Shown here: one piece after another, positions 27,551 to 38,667 of the stretch
Numbering within the stretch: the stretch's first letter is position 1
Layout: every line of letters starts with the position of its first letter
Assembly: GCA_049320885.1 (NCBI GenBank)
Contig: JBMORA010000034.1
Span: forward strand, 1 to 64,000
DNA: 64,000 nt
Origin: Thermodesulfobacteriota bacterium
GTDB taxonomy: Bacteria > Desulfobacterota > Desulfobacteria > Desulfobacterales > SURF-7
Direction of reading: 5' to 3'
The notes under the pieces: generated by a model
What the model was told of the DNA's origin: nothing
Database searches by the model: none
The model's input: only the letters and a program-made list of their open reading frames with translations
Position numbers and translations under genes: made by a program

Positions 27551-29084
27551 AGTCTATCTGATCGGTGCCGGCCCGGGTGATCCGGGCCTCCTGACGATCA
27601 AGGGCAGGGAATGCATCGCATGCGCCGATGTCGTCGTTTACGACTATCTCGCCTCTCCCCGGCTGTTGGCCTTTGCCGCGGAGCAGGCCGAACGGATCTA
27701 CGTGGGCAAAAAAGGCGGGGACCATACCCTTTCCCAGGACGGCATCAACGCCCTGCTGGTGGAAAAAGCCAAGGCCGGAAACACCGTGGCGCGCCTCAAG
27801 GGCGGCGATCCCTTTATCTTCGGCCGCGGGGGGGAAGAAGCGGAAGTGCTCATCAAGGCCGGCATCCCCTTTGAAATCGTGCCCGGGGTCACCTCCGCCA
27901 TCGCCGCTCCGGCCTATGCCGGCATTCCCCTGACCCATCGTAAATTCACTTCCACCCTGGCCTTCATCACCGGTCACGAGGACCCGACGAAAACCGCCAC
28001 GGATATTGACTGGGAGTCCCTGGCCCGGGGCATCGGCACCCTTGTCTTCCTGATGGGCGTGAAAAACCTGCCCCGGATCGTGGAAAAGCTCCTGGAACAC
28101 GGGCGGGGTAAAGAGACGCCGGCGGCCCTGGTGAGCTGGGGAACCACCGCCCGTCAGAAAACCGTGGCCGGCACCCTCGGCACCATTGTGGAAAATGTCC
28201 AGGCCGCCGGCCTGACCTCACCGGCCGTCATCATTGTCGGCGAGGTGGTGACCCTGCGGGAAACCATGCAATGGTTCGAAAACCGCCCCCTGATGGGCAA
28301 ACGCATTTTGGTCACCCGGGCCCGCAGCCAGGCCAGCGATCTGGTGACGCGCCTCGGCGAAATGGGCGCGGACTGCATCGAATACCCCACCATCCGGATC
28401 GAAGCGGCGGCCGACACCACTGCCCTGGACCGGGCCATCGACGGCCTCGCCGGATACGATTGGCTGGTTTTCACCAGCGTCAACGGTGTCCGTTGCTTTT
28501 TTGAACAGCTGTTCCGGAAAGGCCGGGACGCGAGAGCCCTGGGACATCTGCGCACGGCCGTCATCGGTCCGGCCACTGCCCGGCAGCTCCGGGATTTCGG
28601 GGTTTGCAGCGATATCACCCCTAAAACCTATCGCGCCGAATCCATTGTGGAGGCCTTTGCCGAAACAGACATGCGATCCAAACGGGTACTGCTGCCCCGG
28701 GCCAGAGGGGCCCGGCCGATCCTGCCGGTGGAACTGGAAAACCAGGGGGCCATTGTGGATGAAATCATCACCTACGAAGCCCGGCCCGTAACCGAACAGG
28801 CGGAACAACTGCTGGCCAGCCTGCGGGAAAAAGCCGTGGACATGGTCACCTTCACGAGTTCCTCCACCGTCACCCATTTCAGGAACCTGCTGCCCGACGG
28901 AGAAGTCCAAGACCTCATGGCCGGAGTCACCGTGGCGAGCATCGGACCCATCACTTCGGATACGGCCCGGGACCTGGGGTTTACCGTCCACGTCACGGCC
29001 GATGAATACACCATTCCGGGGCTGTGCGCCGCCATCGTCCGTCATTACGCCGGCAAGGAGGCTGACGAAGCGCCCGCCGCATAG
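27540..29084 (+). CDS. cobA: Uroporphyrinogen-III C-methyltransferase / uroporphyrinogen-III synthase fusion (CobA-HemD)
   Basis: GAGPGDPGLLT, RLKGGDPFIFGRGGEE; HemD half ILVTRA, FTSVNGV, FTSSSTV, IGPIT. Confidence 0.95.
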   Translation: MNGKVYLIGAGPGDPGLLTIKGRECIACADVVVYDYLASPRLLAFAAEQAERIYVGKKGGDHTLSQDGINALLVEKAKAGNTVARLKGGDPFIFGRGGEEAEVLIKAGIPFEIVPGVTSAIAAPAYAGIPLTHRKFTSTLAFITGHEDPTKTATDIDWESLARGIGTLVFLMGVKNLPRIVEKLLEHGRGKETPAALVSWGTTARQKTVAGTLGTIVENVQAAGLTSPAVIIVGEVVTLRETMQWFENRPLMGKRILVTRARSQASDLVTRLGEMGADCIEYPTIRIEAAADTTALDRAIDGLAGYDWLVFTSVNGVRCFFEQLFRKGRDARALGHLRTAVIGPATARQLRDFGVCSDITPKTYRAESIVEAFAETDMRSKRVLLPRARGARPILPVELENQGAIVDEIITYEARPVTEQAEQLLASLREKAVDMVTFTSSSTVTHFRNLLPDGEVQDLMAGVTVASIGPITSDTARDLGFTVHVTADEYTIPGLCAAIVRHYAGKEADEAPAA

Positions 29085-29139
29085 AAACGAACAAGCCGAT
29101 CCCCGATCACTCCCGGCCGCACCGGTTCCCGCGGACATC

Positions 29140-29155
29140 CGTCAATCTTTTGACG
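29140..29155. promoter_or_regulatory. Inverted repeat, candidate enhancer (UAS) for a sigma54 activator
   Basis: CGTCAA-TCTT-TTGACG, about 90 nt upstream of the -24 element. Confidence 0.55.
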
Positions 29156-29241
29156 CTCCCCGGGACAGCCGGAACGGGCCGGACAAGTCCGAAGCTTCAA
29201 GGAACCAAGGCCGTCCATGGGCCGGCCGCCATACGACGGTT

Positions 29242-29257
29242 TGGCACTTTTCTTGCT
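29242..29257 (+). promoter_or_regulatory. sigma54 (-24/-12) promoter
   Basis: TGGCAC-TTTTC-TTGCT, a consensus match with correct GG/GC spacing. Confidence 0.78.
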
Positions 29258-29358
29258 TTCACCACTCACAGTAACCAGCCCATCGTCACCAAAGCCAAAT
29301 AACCACCATCCCGCGGCCCACACGCGTTGCGCCGCAAGCCGCGCCCAGGAGGGCTCGC

Positions 29359-30636
29359 ATGTTCGAAAAAAGTTACTACACCCTTCGGGAACTCGCCGAC
29401 GAATTGAATACCGGCGAATCCACCATTCGCTTCTGGCAGGACCAGTTCAACCCATGGGTCCCCTGCACGGGGAAAGGCCGGGAAAAATGGTATCCCAAAA
29501 TCGCCATCGACATCTTGCGCTTCATCATGAAAAACGCCGAAGAGGGTCATGGCATGGAGGAGATCGAGAGCCGCTTGATGCACCGGTATCCGCCGGCCGA
29601 AGAGAAGCGCGAAGAAACGCCACCTGCTGGTGCCGGTTATTTCGGTGAACGGTTTCCGCTTCCCGCCGGTCTTCGGGAAGTACTGGAAGTCATTGTCCGC
29701 GAGCAGAAACGCCTTGGCGACGCCGCTGAAAACGCTGTCCGGCAGATTGAATCCATATCCCGCTCCCTGGAAATCATCGCGGAAACCCTGGCGAACACAC
29801 CATCCGGAACCGCTGGATCGGCCCCCATCCGGATGACGGAAGCCTTACCGGAAAAGCAACCAGCGGAAGAGCCGGCGGCCGTGGAACCATCACCGCCGGC
29901 GATACCCGACGATCTGATGGAACTGCTCAAAGACGCCACCCTGGAAACGGATACAGAACACGAACCTCAAAAGGAAACGCCCATTGAACCCACCGGCCCG
30001 GCGGCGGAACCGCCCGCGGACGACCTCGCCTCGCTGCTGGAAACTCCCGGGGCGGACGCAGCCCATGAAACGGACGATCTGGCCGGGCTCATCGAAACCA
30101 TCGGTCCGGCGGCGGAACCGCAACTGGACGACCTCGCCTCGCTGCTGGAAACCCCCGGGGCGGACGCAGCCCATGAAACGGACGATCTGGCCGGGCTCAT
30201 CGAGCCCATCGGTCCGGCGGCGGAACCGCAATTGGACGACCTCGCCTCGCTGCTGGAAACCCCCGGGGCGGATACGGCCCGCGAGCCGGACGATCTGGCC
30301 GGGCTCATCGAACCGGTTTCAACGGAGACAAAACCGCTGACGAAGGCCGCCCCGGAAACACCGGCCCCGAAACCGCCGGAGACCGCGGCACCGGCTCCGG
30401 CTGAAAAAAAGAAACTCACCGATATTCCGGATGATCACAAATCCAAAATGATCGCCGTCATCATCGGCATGAAGGAAAAGCAGAAACTGTCCGTCAGCCA
30501 GACGGTGGAGCGACTGAACCGGAAAGGATACAACCCATTGTCCGGAGAAGACCACTGGACCCATTCGGCCGTGGAACAAATTTACAAACACATCGATATC
30601 GTCCGGACGACCCGGGAACGGACGGCCGCAGGATAA
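29359..30636 (+). CDS. MerR-type HTH protein with coiled coil, acidic tandem repeats and a small C-terminal domain
   Basis: YTLRELADELNTGESTIRFW HTH; repeats of DDLASLLETPG...; C-terminal LNRKGYNPLSGEDHW. Confidence 0.78.
   Translation: MFEKSYYTLRELADELNTGESTIRFWQDQFNPWVPCTGKGREKWYPKIAIDILRFIMKNAEEGHGMEEIESRLMHRYPPAEEKREETPPAGAGYFGERFPLPAGLREVLEVIVREQKRLGDAAENAVRQIESISRSLEIIAETLANTPSGTAGSAPIRMTEALPEKQPAEEPAAVEPSPPAIPDDLMELLKDATLETDTEHEPQKETPIEPTGPAAEPPADDLASLLETPGADAAHETDDLAGLIETIGPAAEPQLDDLASLLETPGADAAHETDDLAGLIEPIGPAAEPQLDDLASLLETPGADTAREPDDLAGLIEPVSTETKPLTKAAPETPAPKPPETAAPAPAEKKKLTDIPDDHKSKMIAVIIGMKEKQKLSVSQTVERLNRKGYNPLSGEDHWTHSAVEQIYKHIDIVRTTRERTAAG
29995..30316 (+). repeat. Three 108-bp (36-aa) coding tandem repeats
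   Basis: GACGACCTCGCCTCGCTGCTGGAAAC recurs at 30019, 30127 and 30235. Confidence 0.92.
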
Positions 30637-30758
30637 AAACCGCTCCAGGGGCCGGTAAGATAAGGGAACAATCAACGATTGACAAGCGCAAGCATTCCTC
30701 TGTATAAGAAATTACGGAAATCCACAAACAAACCCGGGTGATTTTTTGGGAGCCTGCC

Positions 30759-31169
30759 GTGCCGTTTAACCGCCAGCCACTGGAACGCCGCAAATCGAAA
30801 CGCTACAAACCCCGGGATGGGGCGTTTGCCGTATTGAGACCGAACACCAACGCCACCAAAATAGGCAACATCATCGACATCAGCATGTCCGGCATGGCCT
30901 TCTACTGCGTCGACTCCCAGGAAAGCGAAACCAAAACCGACGATTTCAACATGGACATTTTCATGAGCGGCTCCGGCTTCATGGTGGATCATATCCCCTT
31001 CCGGATCATTTCTGAAATCGTCGTGCCGAAAGAGATCCCCTTTTATTCGGTTGTCACCAGAAGGCTGGGGGTCGAATTCGACACCATGCCGCCCCGGAAA
31101 CGCTCCATGCTGGAACATTTTCTCCGCAAGCACACCCGCGATGAGAATCCTCCCGACACACCAGCTTAA
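30759..31169 (+). CDS. PilZ domain protein
   Basis: ERRKSKR (RxxxR), DISMSG, RRLGVEF. Confidence 0.8.
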   Translation: MPFNRQPLERRKSKRYKPRDGAFAVLRPNTNATKIGNIIDISMSGMAFYCVDSQESETKTDDFNMDIFMSGSGFMVDHIPFRIISEIVVPKEIPFYSVVTRRLGVEFDTMPPRKRSMLEHFLRKHTRDENPPDTPA

Positions 31170-31273
31170 AAAGTCTTGACGAATAAGAATCGCCTGATAA
31201 AATATCTCTTTTGTTTTTGGGCATGACATTTGGCTGGTCGGCCCCATCAACCCAAGACAAGGAGACAGGACCC

Positions 31274-33085
31274 ATGGCACAGGCAATTTCGGACCGCCGG
31301 GATATTGATTTCATCTTGCATGAAATGCTCAATGTCGCGGATCTGGCCCAGTATGAGAAATACGCCGATTTCGACAGAAAAACGGTTGATCTCATTATTT
31401 CGGAAGCCCGCAATTTAGCGGTAAAAGAAATCCTCCCGACCCAGAAAATAGGCGATGAAGAAGGTTGTAAATTCGAAAACGGCGTCGTCAAGGTGCCGGA
31501 GGCCTTTAAACGGCCTTACAAACTGTTCCGGGAAGGCGAATGGATCGCCATGACGGACGCCCCGGAATATGGCGGACAAGGCATGCCGAAAACCGTCGCC
31601 CTGGCGGCGGGGGAATATTTCACGGGCGCCAACTGCGCCTGGATGATGTATCCCGGCCTGACCCACGGCGCCGCGAAAATGATCGAGGAACTGGGGACCC
31701 CGGAACAAAAAAAGCTTTTCGTTAAAAAAATGTACACCGGACAGTGGGCCGGCACCATGCTCCTGACCGAACCCGAAGCCGGCTCCGACGTGGGCGCCCT
31801 GACGACCTCGGCGAAAAAAAACAGCGACGGCACCTACACCATCACCGGCAACAAGATTTTTATCTCCGGCGGCGAGCACGATCTGACGGAAAACATCATC
31901 CATCCGGTACTGGCCCGCATTGAGGGGGCTCCCGCCGGAACCAGGGGGATCTCGCTGTTCATCGTTCCCAAAATCTGGGTCAATCCGGACGGCAGCCTGG
32001 GGGAAGACAACGATGTGGTGTGCACCGGCATCGAGGAAAAAATGGGTATCCATGGAAACGCCACCTGTTCCCTGGCTCTCGGCGGCAAGGGGAAATGCCG
32101 CGGCATGCTGCTGGGCGAAGAGAACAAGGGCATGAAGGCCATGTTCCTGATGATGAACGAAGCGCGCCTGGGAGTCGGATTGCAGGGCTTCGGTTTCGCC
32201 ACCGCCTCCTATATCAATGCGGTCAACTATGCCAAGGAACGCAAACAGGGCAAGAGTCTGCTCCAATTCATGGACCCCAACGCCCCGTCTGTCGCCATCA
32301 TCGAGCATCCCGATGTTCGGCGCCAGTTGATGTTCATGAAAGCATACGTCGAGGGCATCCGCAGCATGATCTATTTTCTGGGTTCCTGCTTCGACCGGGT
32401 GGCCGTAGCCAAAACCGATGAGGAACGCCAGACCGCCCAGAATCTCATCGAGCTTCTGATTCCCGTCGTCAAGGCCTACAGCACTGACAAGGGGTTCGAG
32501 GTCTGCGTGCAGGGAGTTCAGGTATACGGTGGTTACGGGTATATAAAGGAATATCCCCAGGAACAGCTGCTGCGCGATTGCAAAATCACCAGTATCTATG
32601 AAGGCACCAACGGCATTCAGGCCATGGATCTCCTGGGCCGGAAGCTGGGCATGAACAAGGGCAAGCCGTTCATGGAGCTTCTCGGAACCATCAACAAGAC
32701 CATCGCCGCCGCCAAGGCCATAGCCGGCCTGGAAGACCTCGCCGGCCGCGTGGAGGAAGCCGTGAACAAACTCGGGGAAGTCGCCATGCATATGGGCATG
32801 ACCGCCATGTCCGCCAACGTGTTGGATGCCTTCGCCCAGGCAACGCCCTTTCTCGAAGTCTGCGGCGATGTGGTATTGGCCTGGCAGCACCTATGGCGGG
32901 CCGTTGTGGCGGCCCCGAAAATCACCGGCGCCAAAAGCAAGGACGCGCCGTTTTACGAAGGCCAGGTCCGCACCGCGGAATTCTATATCAAATGCCTCCT
33001 GCCGGCGACCATCGGCAAGATGAGAGCGCTGTCGGAGACCAACGAAGCGATCATGAAGATGCCGCTGGCTGCTTTCAACGGGTAG
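31274..33085 (+). CDS. Acyl-CoA dehydrogenase (long, about 600-aa family)
   Basis: GTMLLTEPEAGSDVG, KIFISGGEHDLTENIIH, EEKMGIHGNATC, IYEGTNGIQAMDLLGRK. Confidence 0.93.
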   Translation: MAQAISDRRDIDFILHEMLNVADLAQYEKYADFDRKTVDLIISEARNLAVKEILPTQKIGDEEGCKFENGVVKVPEAFKRPYKLFREGEWIAMTDAPEYGGQGMPKTVALAAGEYFTGANCAWMMYPGLTHGAAKMIEELGTPEQKKLFVKKMYTGQWAGTMLLTEPEAGSDVGALTTSAKKNSDGTYTITGNKIFISGGEHDLTENIIHPVLARIEGAPAGTRGISLFIVPKIWVNPDGSLGEDNDVVCTGIEEKMGIHGNATCSLALGGKGKCRGMLLGEENKGMKAMFLMMNEARLGVGLQGFGFATASYINAVNYAKERKQGKSLLQFMDPNAPSVAIIEHPDVRRQLMFMKAYVEGIRSMIYFLGSCFDRVAVAKTDEERQTAQNLIELLIPVVKAYSTDKGFEVCVQGVQVYGGYGYIKEYPQEQLLRDCKITSIYEGTNGIQAMDLLGRKLGMNKGKPFMELLGTINKTIAAAKAIAGLEDLAGRVEEAVNKLGEVAMHMGMTAMSANVLDAFAQATPFLEVCGDVVLAWQHLWRAVVAAPKITGAKSKDAPFYEGQVRTAEFYIKCLLPATIGKMRALSETNEAIMKMPLAAFNG

Positions 33086-33122
33086 GACGGAAGCTTCCTC
33101 ACCCATCCAATGAACCGACCGG

Positions 33123-33156
33123 ACGGTTCGGGGGGATTCCCCCGAACCGTTTTTTT
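33123..33156 (+). terminator. Rho-independent terminator
   Basis: ACGGTTCGGGGG-GATT-CCCCCGAACCGT followed by T6. Confidence 0.88.
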
Positions 33157-33284
33157 ACACCCCGCCCGCTGGCTTCCCGCCCGCCGGTACTTGACAAATT
33201 CATATTTGCCACCATTATATTCCAGATCTAGGTTATTCATCATCTGAATTGTCAACCCCATCGGCAACAGGAGTCATAACGGCA

Positions 33285-35207
33285 ATGAAAAAAGAAACCC
33301 ATTCCTTTAAAACCGAAGTCCAGCAGCTGCTGAAGCTCATCATCAATTCCCTTTATTCCAATCCGGAAATTTTCCTGCGCGAATTGATTTCCAACGCTTC
33401 CGATGCCATCGACAAATTGCGTTTCAAATCCCAGACGGAACCTCATCTGCTCGGCGACGACACGGAACTGAAAATCAAAATCATCCCGGACAGGACGAAC
33501 AATACCCTCCGTGTAACGGATAACGGCATCGGCATGACCCTTGACGAGGTCATGGACAATATCGGCACCATCGCCAAAAGCGGCACCGGCGCTTTCTTGA
33601 AGGCTTTGGAACAAACCAAGAAAGATTCGGCTCTGACGCCGGAACTGATCGGTCAATTCGGGGTCGGATTTTACAGCGCCTTCATCGTGGCGAAAAAAGT
33701 GACCATCATCACCCGGGCCGCCGGTTCGGAAAAGGCCGTTCGCTGGGAATCCTCCGGCGACGGCTCCTACACCATCGAGGAAACCGAGCGTCCCGGCAGG
33801 GGCACCGATATCATCCTGGAACTCAAGGACCGGGAAAAGGACGAGCCCGATTTCACCGAGGAATGGACCATCCGGCGGATCGTCAAGCAGCATTCGGATT
33901 TTGTCAACTACCCCATTCTGATGGACGTGGAAAAGGAAGAACCCGTGCCGGAAAAGGAACAGCTTCTGGACAAGGACGGCAAGCCGACGGGCGAAAAAAC
34001 CCGCAAGGTCGTCCGGGAAGAAACCCTGAATTCCATGAAGGCCATCTGGCTCAAGAACAAGGACGAAGTCACCGAAGAGGAACATAAAGAATTTTACACC
34101 CATATCAGTCACGACTGGAATCCGCCCCTGACCCGTCTGCATATGAAAATGGAAGGGGCCACCGAATACCACGTGCTCCTGTATATTCCCTCCAAGGCGC
34201 CCTTCGACCTGTTCACGCCGGAACGAAAACACGGTCTCCATCTTTACAGCCGGCGGGTGTTCATCATGGACGACTGCAAGGAATTGATTCCGGACTATCT
34301 CGGGTTCGTCAAGGGCGTGGTGGACGCTCCGGACCTGAATCTCAATGTCAGCCGTGAAATCCTGCAACAGGATCGCCTGGTGCGCAACATCCGCAAGAAC
34401 ATCGTCAAGAAACTGTTCGATCTGTTCTCCAAAATGGAAAAAGAACCCTATGAAACCTTCTATAAGGAGTTCGGACCGATTCTGAAAAGCGGCGTTCACA
34501 CGGATTTCGAAAACAAGGACAAAATCGCGGAACTTCTCCGCTACAGGACCACCAAATCGGACGGCAACCTGATCTCCCTCAAGGATTACGTCGCCGGCAT
34601 GCCCAAGGATCAAAAGGAAATATACTACATCACCGGCGACAACCTTTCCGCCATTCTCAACAGCCCCCATCTCGAAGCCCTGAAGGCAAAAGATTATGAG
34701 GTTCTCCTGATGACCGATCCCGTCGACGAATGGGTGGTCATGTCCCTCTCCGAATATGACGGCAAAAAACTGAAAAGCGCGGAGAAGGGCGACCTTGATG
34801 TCAAGGAAATCGATGCCGCCAAAAAAGATTCCTATTCGGATCTGTTCGCTCACATCAAATCGCGGCTGGAAAGCAAAATCAAGGAAGTCAAACCGTCGAC
34901 GAGACTGAAGGAATCGGTCGCCTGCCTGTCCGGGGACACCTATGACATGAGCGCCTACATGGAAAAAATCCTGCGGGCCAGCGGGCAGCCGGTACCCGAC
35001 GTCAAACGCGTGCTGGAATTGAACCTCGACCATCCGGTGGTGGCGAAAATCAATTCCCTGCTGGCAAAAGACAAGAATGATCCCCTGATCAACGATTACA
35101 CGGACCTGCTCTTTGACATGGCGGTGATCGGCGAGGGCGGCAAAATCGAAAATCCCTCCCGATTTTCCAAGTTGGTGGGCGATCTGATGGCCGGCGCCAT
35201 CCAATAA
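33285..35207 (+). CDS. htpG: Molecular chaperone HtpG (Hsp90)
   Basis: [45 protein letters not shown]. Confidence 0.97.
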   Translation: MKKETHSFKTEVQQLLKLIINSLYSNPEIFLRELISNASDAIDKLRFKSQTEPHLLGDDTELKIKIIPDRTNNTLRVTDNGIGMTLDEVMDNIGTIAKSGTGAFLKALEQTKKDSALTPELIGQFGVGFYSAFIVAKKVTIITRAAGSEKAVRWESSGDGSYTIEETERPGRGTDIILELKDREKDEPDFTEEWTIRRIVKQHSDFVNYPILMDVEKEEPVPEKEQLLDKDGKPTGEKTRKVVREETLNSMKAIWLKNKDEVTEEEHKEFYTHISHDWNPPLTRLHMKMEGATEYHVLLYIPSKAPFDLFTPERKHGLHLYSRRVFIMDDCKELIPDYLGFVKGVVDAPDLNLNVSREILQQDRLVRNIRKNIVKKLFDLFSKMEKEPYETFYKEFGPILKSGVHTDFENKDKIAELLRYRTTKSDGNLISLKDYVAGMPKDQKEIYYITGDNLSAILNSPHLEALKAKDYEVLLMTDPVDEWVVMSLSEYDGKKLKSAEKGDLDVKEIDAAKKDSYSDLFAHIKSRLESKIKEVKPSTRLKESVACLSGDTYDMSAYMEKILRASGQPVPDVKRVLELNLDHPVVAKINSLLAKDKNDPLINDYTDLLFDMAVIGEGGKIENPSRFSKLVGDLMAGAIQ

Positions 35208-35431
35208 CGACCTGTTTCCCGGGCCGACCGCGCCGCCTGCTGCGCGGTCGGCCTTCAGCGGTTTCCCCTCCTCCGGTTCGGTATCCCGGACGGTTTTTTT
35301 TACAGATGCCCCCCGGAAATGCATTGAAATAACCGATAACATACGATATACACCGTAAGAGAATGGTTGCACCCAAATGGCATGGAAGACCGAGCCTGAT
35401 CCAAACCCAACCATGGAGAAGAGGTCGACCA

Positions 35432-35779
35432 ATGACACCAGAACCCACTGAAAACGGCAGCTATGAGAACAGGGCCGCGCCCCGCTCCGCGCCGGACAAA
35501 TTCTACAGCGTGGAATTCGCCCTGAAAGGCGAGGAATCGCATTACCAGTTCAAGATCTGGAATATGTCGTCCGACGGCATGTGTATTCTCGTGCGCGAGG
35601 ATTCGGCCGTTCTGCGCCATATCCACACGGGTGAAGTGCTGCAGATGAAATACTATGCCGCGGAACCCCGACGGATCGTTGAAAGCCTGAAAACGGAGGT
35701 CAGACACATCACCAGGGACGAACAGGGACGGTTTAAAGGCCACTTCATGGTGGGACTGTCCATCCTGGAGCACAACTAG
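35432..35779 (+). CDS. PilZ domain protein
   Basis: ENRAAPR, NMSSDG, EVRHIT...VGL. Confidence 0.72.
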   Translation: MTPEPTENGSYENRAAPRSAPDKFYSVEFALKGEESHYQFKIWNMSSDGMCILVREDSAVLRHIHTGEVLQMKYYAAEPRRIVESLKTEVRHITRDEQGRFKGHFMVGLSILEHN

Positions 35780-35837
35780 GCAGTTCGGTTGATTCACCCG
35801 CGATTCTCACCCCCGACCGGGCAGCAAGGAAGACACC

Positions 35838-37451
35838 ATGAGCGATTTTGTGTTTCAAGAACTCTTTCCGCTGAAAGAAGACAAAACCCACTACCGGCGG
35901 CTGACCCGCGACTATCAGGAAATTTCGACCTTCAACGGCAAAACAATCCTTACGGTGGCGCCGGAAGGATTGACCCTGCTTTCCGAGACCGCTTTCAGGG
36001 AAACGGCGCACCTCCTCAGGACCTCCCACCTGATTCAGCTGCGACACATCACCGATGACCCGGAAAGCTCGGCGAACGACCGCTTCGTAGCCCTGGAGAT
36101 GATCAAAAACGCGGTTATCTCCGCGGATTTCGTCTTCCCCATGTGCCAGGATACCGGCACGGCCGTCATCATCGGCAAGAAAGGACAGCAGGTATGGACC
36201 GGCGGCGGCGATGAAGAAGCGCTTTCACGGGGTGTTTTCAACACTTACACCGGCACCAACCTGCGCTATTCCCAAATGGCGCCGCTATCCATGTTCGATG
36301 AAGTCAACACCCGCTGCAATCTGCCGGCCCAAATCGAGATCTACGCCGTGGATGGGGAAGACTACCGCTTTTTGTTCATTGCCAAGGGCGGCGGATCGGC
36401 CAATAAGACCTTCCTCTTTCAGGAAACCAAGGCGATCCTAAACCCGCAAGCATTGCTGGCCTTCATGATCACGAAAATGAAGGCGCTGGGAACGGCGGCC
36501 TGCCCGCCGTACCATCTGGCGTTTGCAGTGGGCGGGACATCCGCCGAAGCCGCGCTTAAAACCGTCAAGCTGGCCAGCGCCGGCTACCTGGACGGCCTGC
36601 CCGTATCAGGCGGAAAGGGGGGCCATGCCTTCCGGGATTTACAGATGGAACAATTGGTTCTGGAGCAATCGCGCCGATTGGGCCTCGGCGCCCAATTCGG
36701 CGGGAAATATTTCTGCCATGATGTGCGCGTAATCCGGTTGCCGCGGCACGGCGCCTCTTGCCCCATCGGTATGGGCGTGAGTTGCAGCGCGGACCGCAAT
36801 ATCAAGGCCAAGATCACAAGGGAAGGCATTTTCCTGGAACAACTGGAAACCGATCCGTCCCGTTTCCTGCCGGAACCGGTTGAAACCGACGCCGGGACCG
36901 TCCGCATCGATCTGAACCGGCCCATGGACGCCATCCGCGAAATCCTGGGCCGGCATCCCGTCGCCACCCGGCTGCTGCTCAGCGGCCCCATCGTGGTGGC
37001 CCGGGATATCGCCCATGCCAAACTCAAGGAGCGCCTCGACCGGGGGGAAGACCTGCCGGATTATTTCAAAAAGCACATTATTTATTACGCCGGTCCAGCC
37101 AAGACGCCTCCGGGTTATCCGTCCGGCTCCTTCGGCCCCACCACCGCGGGACGGATGGACCCCTACGTCGATCTTTTCCAGGCCCGCGGCGGTTCCCTGG
37201 TCATGCTGGCCAAGGGCAACCGAACACCCGCCGTCACCGAGGCATGCCGGAAATACGGCGGTTTCTACCTCGGCTCCATCGGCGGACCGGCCGCCCGTCT
37301 CGGCAAGGAATGCATCACCGCGGTGGAAACCCTGGAATTCGAGGAACTCGGGATGGAAGCGATTTTTCGGATCACGGTCCAGGATTTTCCGGCCTTCATC
37401 ATCGTGGACGACAAGGGAAACGATTTCTTTCAGGCCTTCACCCGCCCCTAA
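35838..37451 (+). CDS. Class I (Fe-S) fumarate hydratase
   Basis: [49 protein letters not shown]. Confidence 0.96.
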   Translation: MSDFVFQELFPLKEDKTHYRRLTRDYQEISTFNGKTILTVAPEGLTLLSETAFRETAHLLRTSHLIQLRHITDDPESSANDRFVALEMIKNAVISADFVFPMCQDTGTAVIIGKKGQQVWTGGGDEEALSRGVFNTYTGTNLRYSQMAPLSMFDEVNTRCNLPAQIEIYAVDGEDYRFLFIAKGGGSANKTFLFQETKAILNPQALLAFMITKMKALGTAACPPYHLAFAVGGTSAEAALKTVKLASAGYLDGLPVSGGKGGHAFRDLQMEQLVLEQSRRLGLGAQFGGKYFCHDVRVIRLPRHGASCPIGMGVSCSADRNIKAKITREGIFLEQLETDPSRFLPEPVETDAGTVRIDLNRPMDAIREILGRHPVATRLLLSGPIVVARDIAHAKLKERLDRGEDLPDYFKKHIIYYAGPAKTPPGYPSGSFGPTTAGRMDPYVDLFQARGGSLVMLAKGNRTPAVTEACRKYGGFYLGSIGGPAARLGKECITAVETLEFEELGMEAIFRITVQDFPAFIIVDDKGNDFFQAFTRP

Positions 37452-37491
37452 CATCCACCCCGGCAGGGGCGGCGTTGTTCCCGCTCCGGTT

Positions 37492-37713
37492 TTAAGGGAT
37501 ATAACTCCGCACCAGGGGATAGGACAGCAACAATAAAGCCAGCAGCAGGGCCACCATCAGAAAGGCCCCCAGCCTGCCTTTCGGAGCGGGAAGCGTTTTT
37601 TTCCGGAGATTCTTCAATTCCAGATCGTTTTCCCGCACGATGCGCCGAATCGCCTTGTTGGTTTCAGCGATGAGCGCTTCGGTTTCCATGATCATTTCTT
37701 TTGTCGGTCTCAT
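37492..37713 (-). CDS. Small hypothetical protein with a C-terminal TM helix
   Basis: Charged helical N-terminus followed by LGAFLMVALLLALLLLSYPL; start uncertain. Confidence 0.5.
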   Translation of the reverse strand: MRPTKEMIMETEALIAETNKAIRRIVRENDLELKNLRKKTLPAPKGRLGAFLMVALLLALLLLSYPLVRSYIP

Positions 37714-37770
37714 CTCGTCCGTCCTTGATGCCACCCCGGCATTCGGCCCGCCGGATGCCCGGCCGGCCGC

Positions 37771-38448
37771 TCAAAAACCGCGCCACGTCACGATGTGGTC
37801 AATGGGTTCCCGGGGACTCTGCACGCGGTTGGCGGGAAAATCCCAATCCGGGTAACCGATGGCAATGGCGGCCATCAGACGCTTGTCGTCCGGTATGCCG
37901 GCATGCCGGCGCACCACATCGGCATAGGTGATTCCCTGATTTTCAACGCAGGTATGCAAGCCGTAATGCAGGGCGGCAAGGCAGATATTCTGCAATACGG
38001 AGCCCACATCCAGATAGGTTCCCTGAATCGGCAGGGAGCTGTCGGCTACGATGATGATCGCCGCCGGTGCGTCGAAATACCGGAAGCCGCGCTCCATCCA
38101 GGCAGCCCTTTTCTGCTTGTCCTCCCGGGGAATCTCCATGAGGGCGAACAACTGCTTGGCGATTTCGATCTGCCGCCGACGGTAGACGCTGTCCCTGGGC
38201 CGCTCCACAAGGATGTGTTCCATTTCCTTGGGCGGTAGTTCGAAATTCCGCACCTTGTCGACATTTCCCCGGCGAACCTGCTCCAGCACTTCGCCTGCCA
38301 TCACGATGAATTCCCATGGCTGGGTGTTCTCCGCCGAAGGCGCCCGGACGGCAATCTCCAGAATCGCCCGGATGGTTTCCTTGGTCACCGGATCGTTTTT
38401 GAACTTTCGAATGCTCTTGCGGGTGCGAATGGCTTCCAGAAGTTCCAT
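37771..38448 (-). CDS. Nitroreductase family protein
   Basis: [35 protein letters not shown]. Confidence 0.92.
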   Translation of the reverse strand: MELLEAIRTRKSIRKFKNDPVTKETIRAILEIAVRAPSAENTQPWEFIVMAGEVLEQVRRGNVDKVRNFELPPKEMEHILVERPRDSVYRRRQIEIAKQLFALMEIPREDKQKRAAWMERGFRYFDAPAAIIIVADSSLPIQGTYLDVGSVLQNICLAALHYGLHTCVENQGITYADVVRRHAGIPDDKRLMAAIAIGYPDWDFPANRVQSPREPIDHIVTWRGF

Positions 38449-38667
38449 TCCATCTCCTGTGATTTCCGTTCAAAACACTTTACAATTTTAAAATATATTG
38501 ATAAAAATCAAATCAGATTGTAATAAACCGACACCGCAGATTTCAAGACCGCTTCCAACCACATCGCACGGCAAACGATTCATCATCTGGTAACACAGGG
38601 GGACGGTTTTTTCAATACGACCACCAGAAAGAAAAGCCGTGGTATGTGATCCATATAGGAAAACCAA

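Noticed and set aside
29995..30316. Direct repeats considered as a CRISPR array
   Set aside because: They are contiguous in-frame 108-bp coding repeats with no unique spacers, and there are no cas genes.
33252..35438. 728-aa minus-strand ORF, and similar long antisense ORFs over selA, pgm and the acyl-CoA dehydrogenases
   Set aside because: Shadow frames of well-conserved genes caused by high GC3 codon bias.
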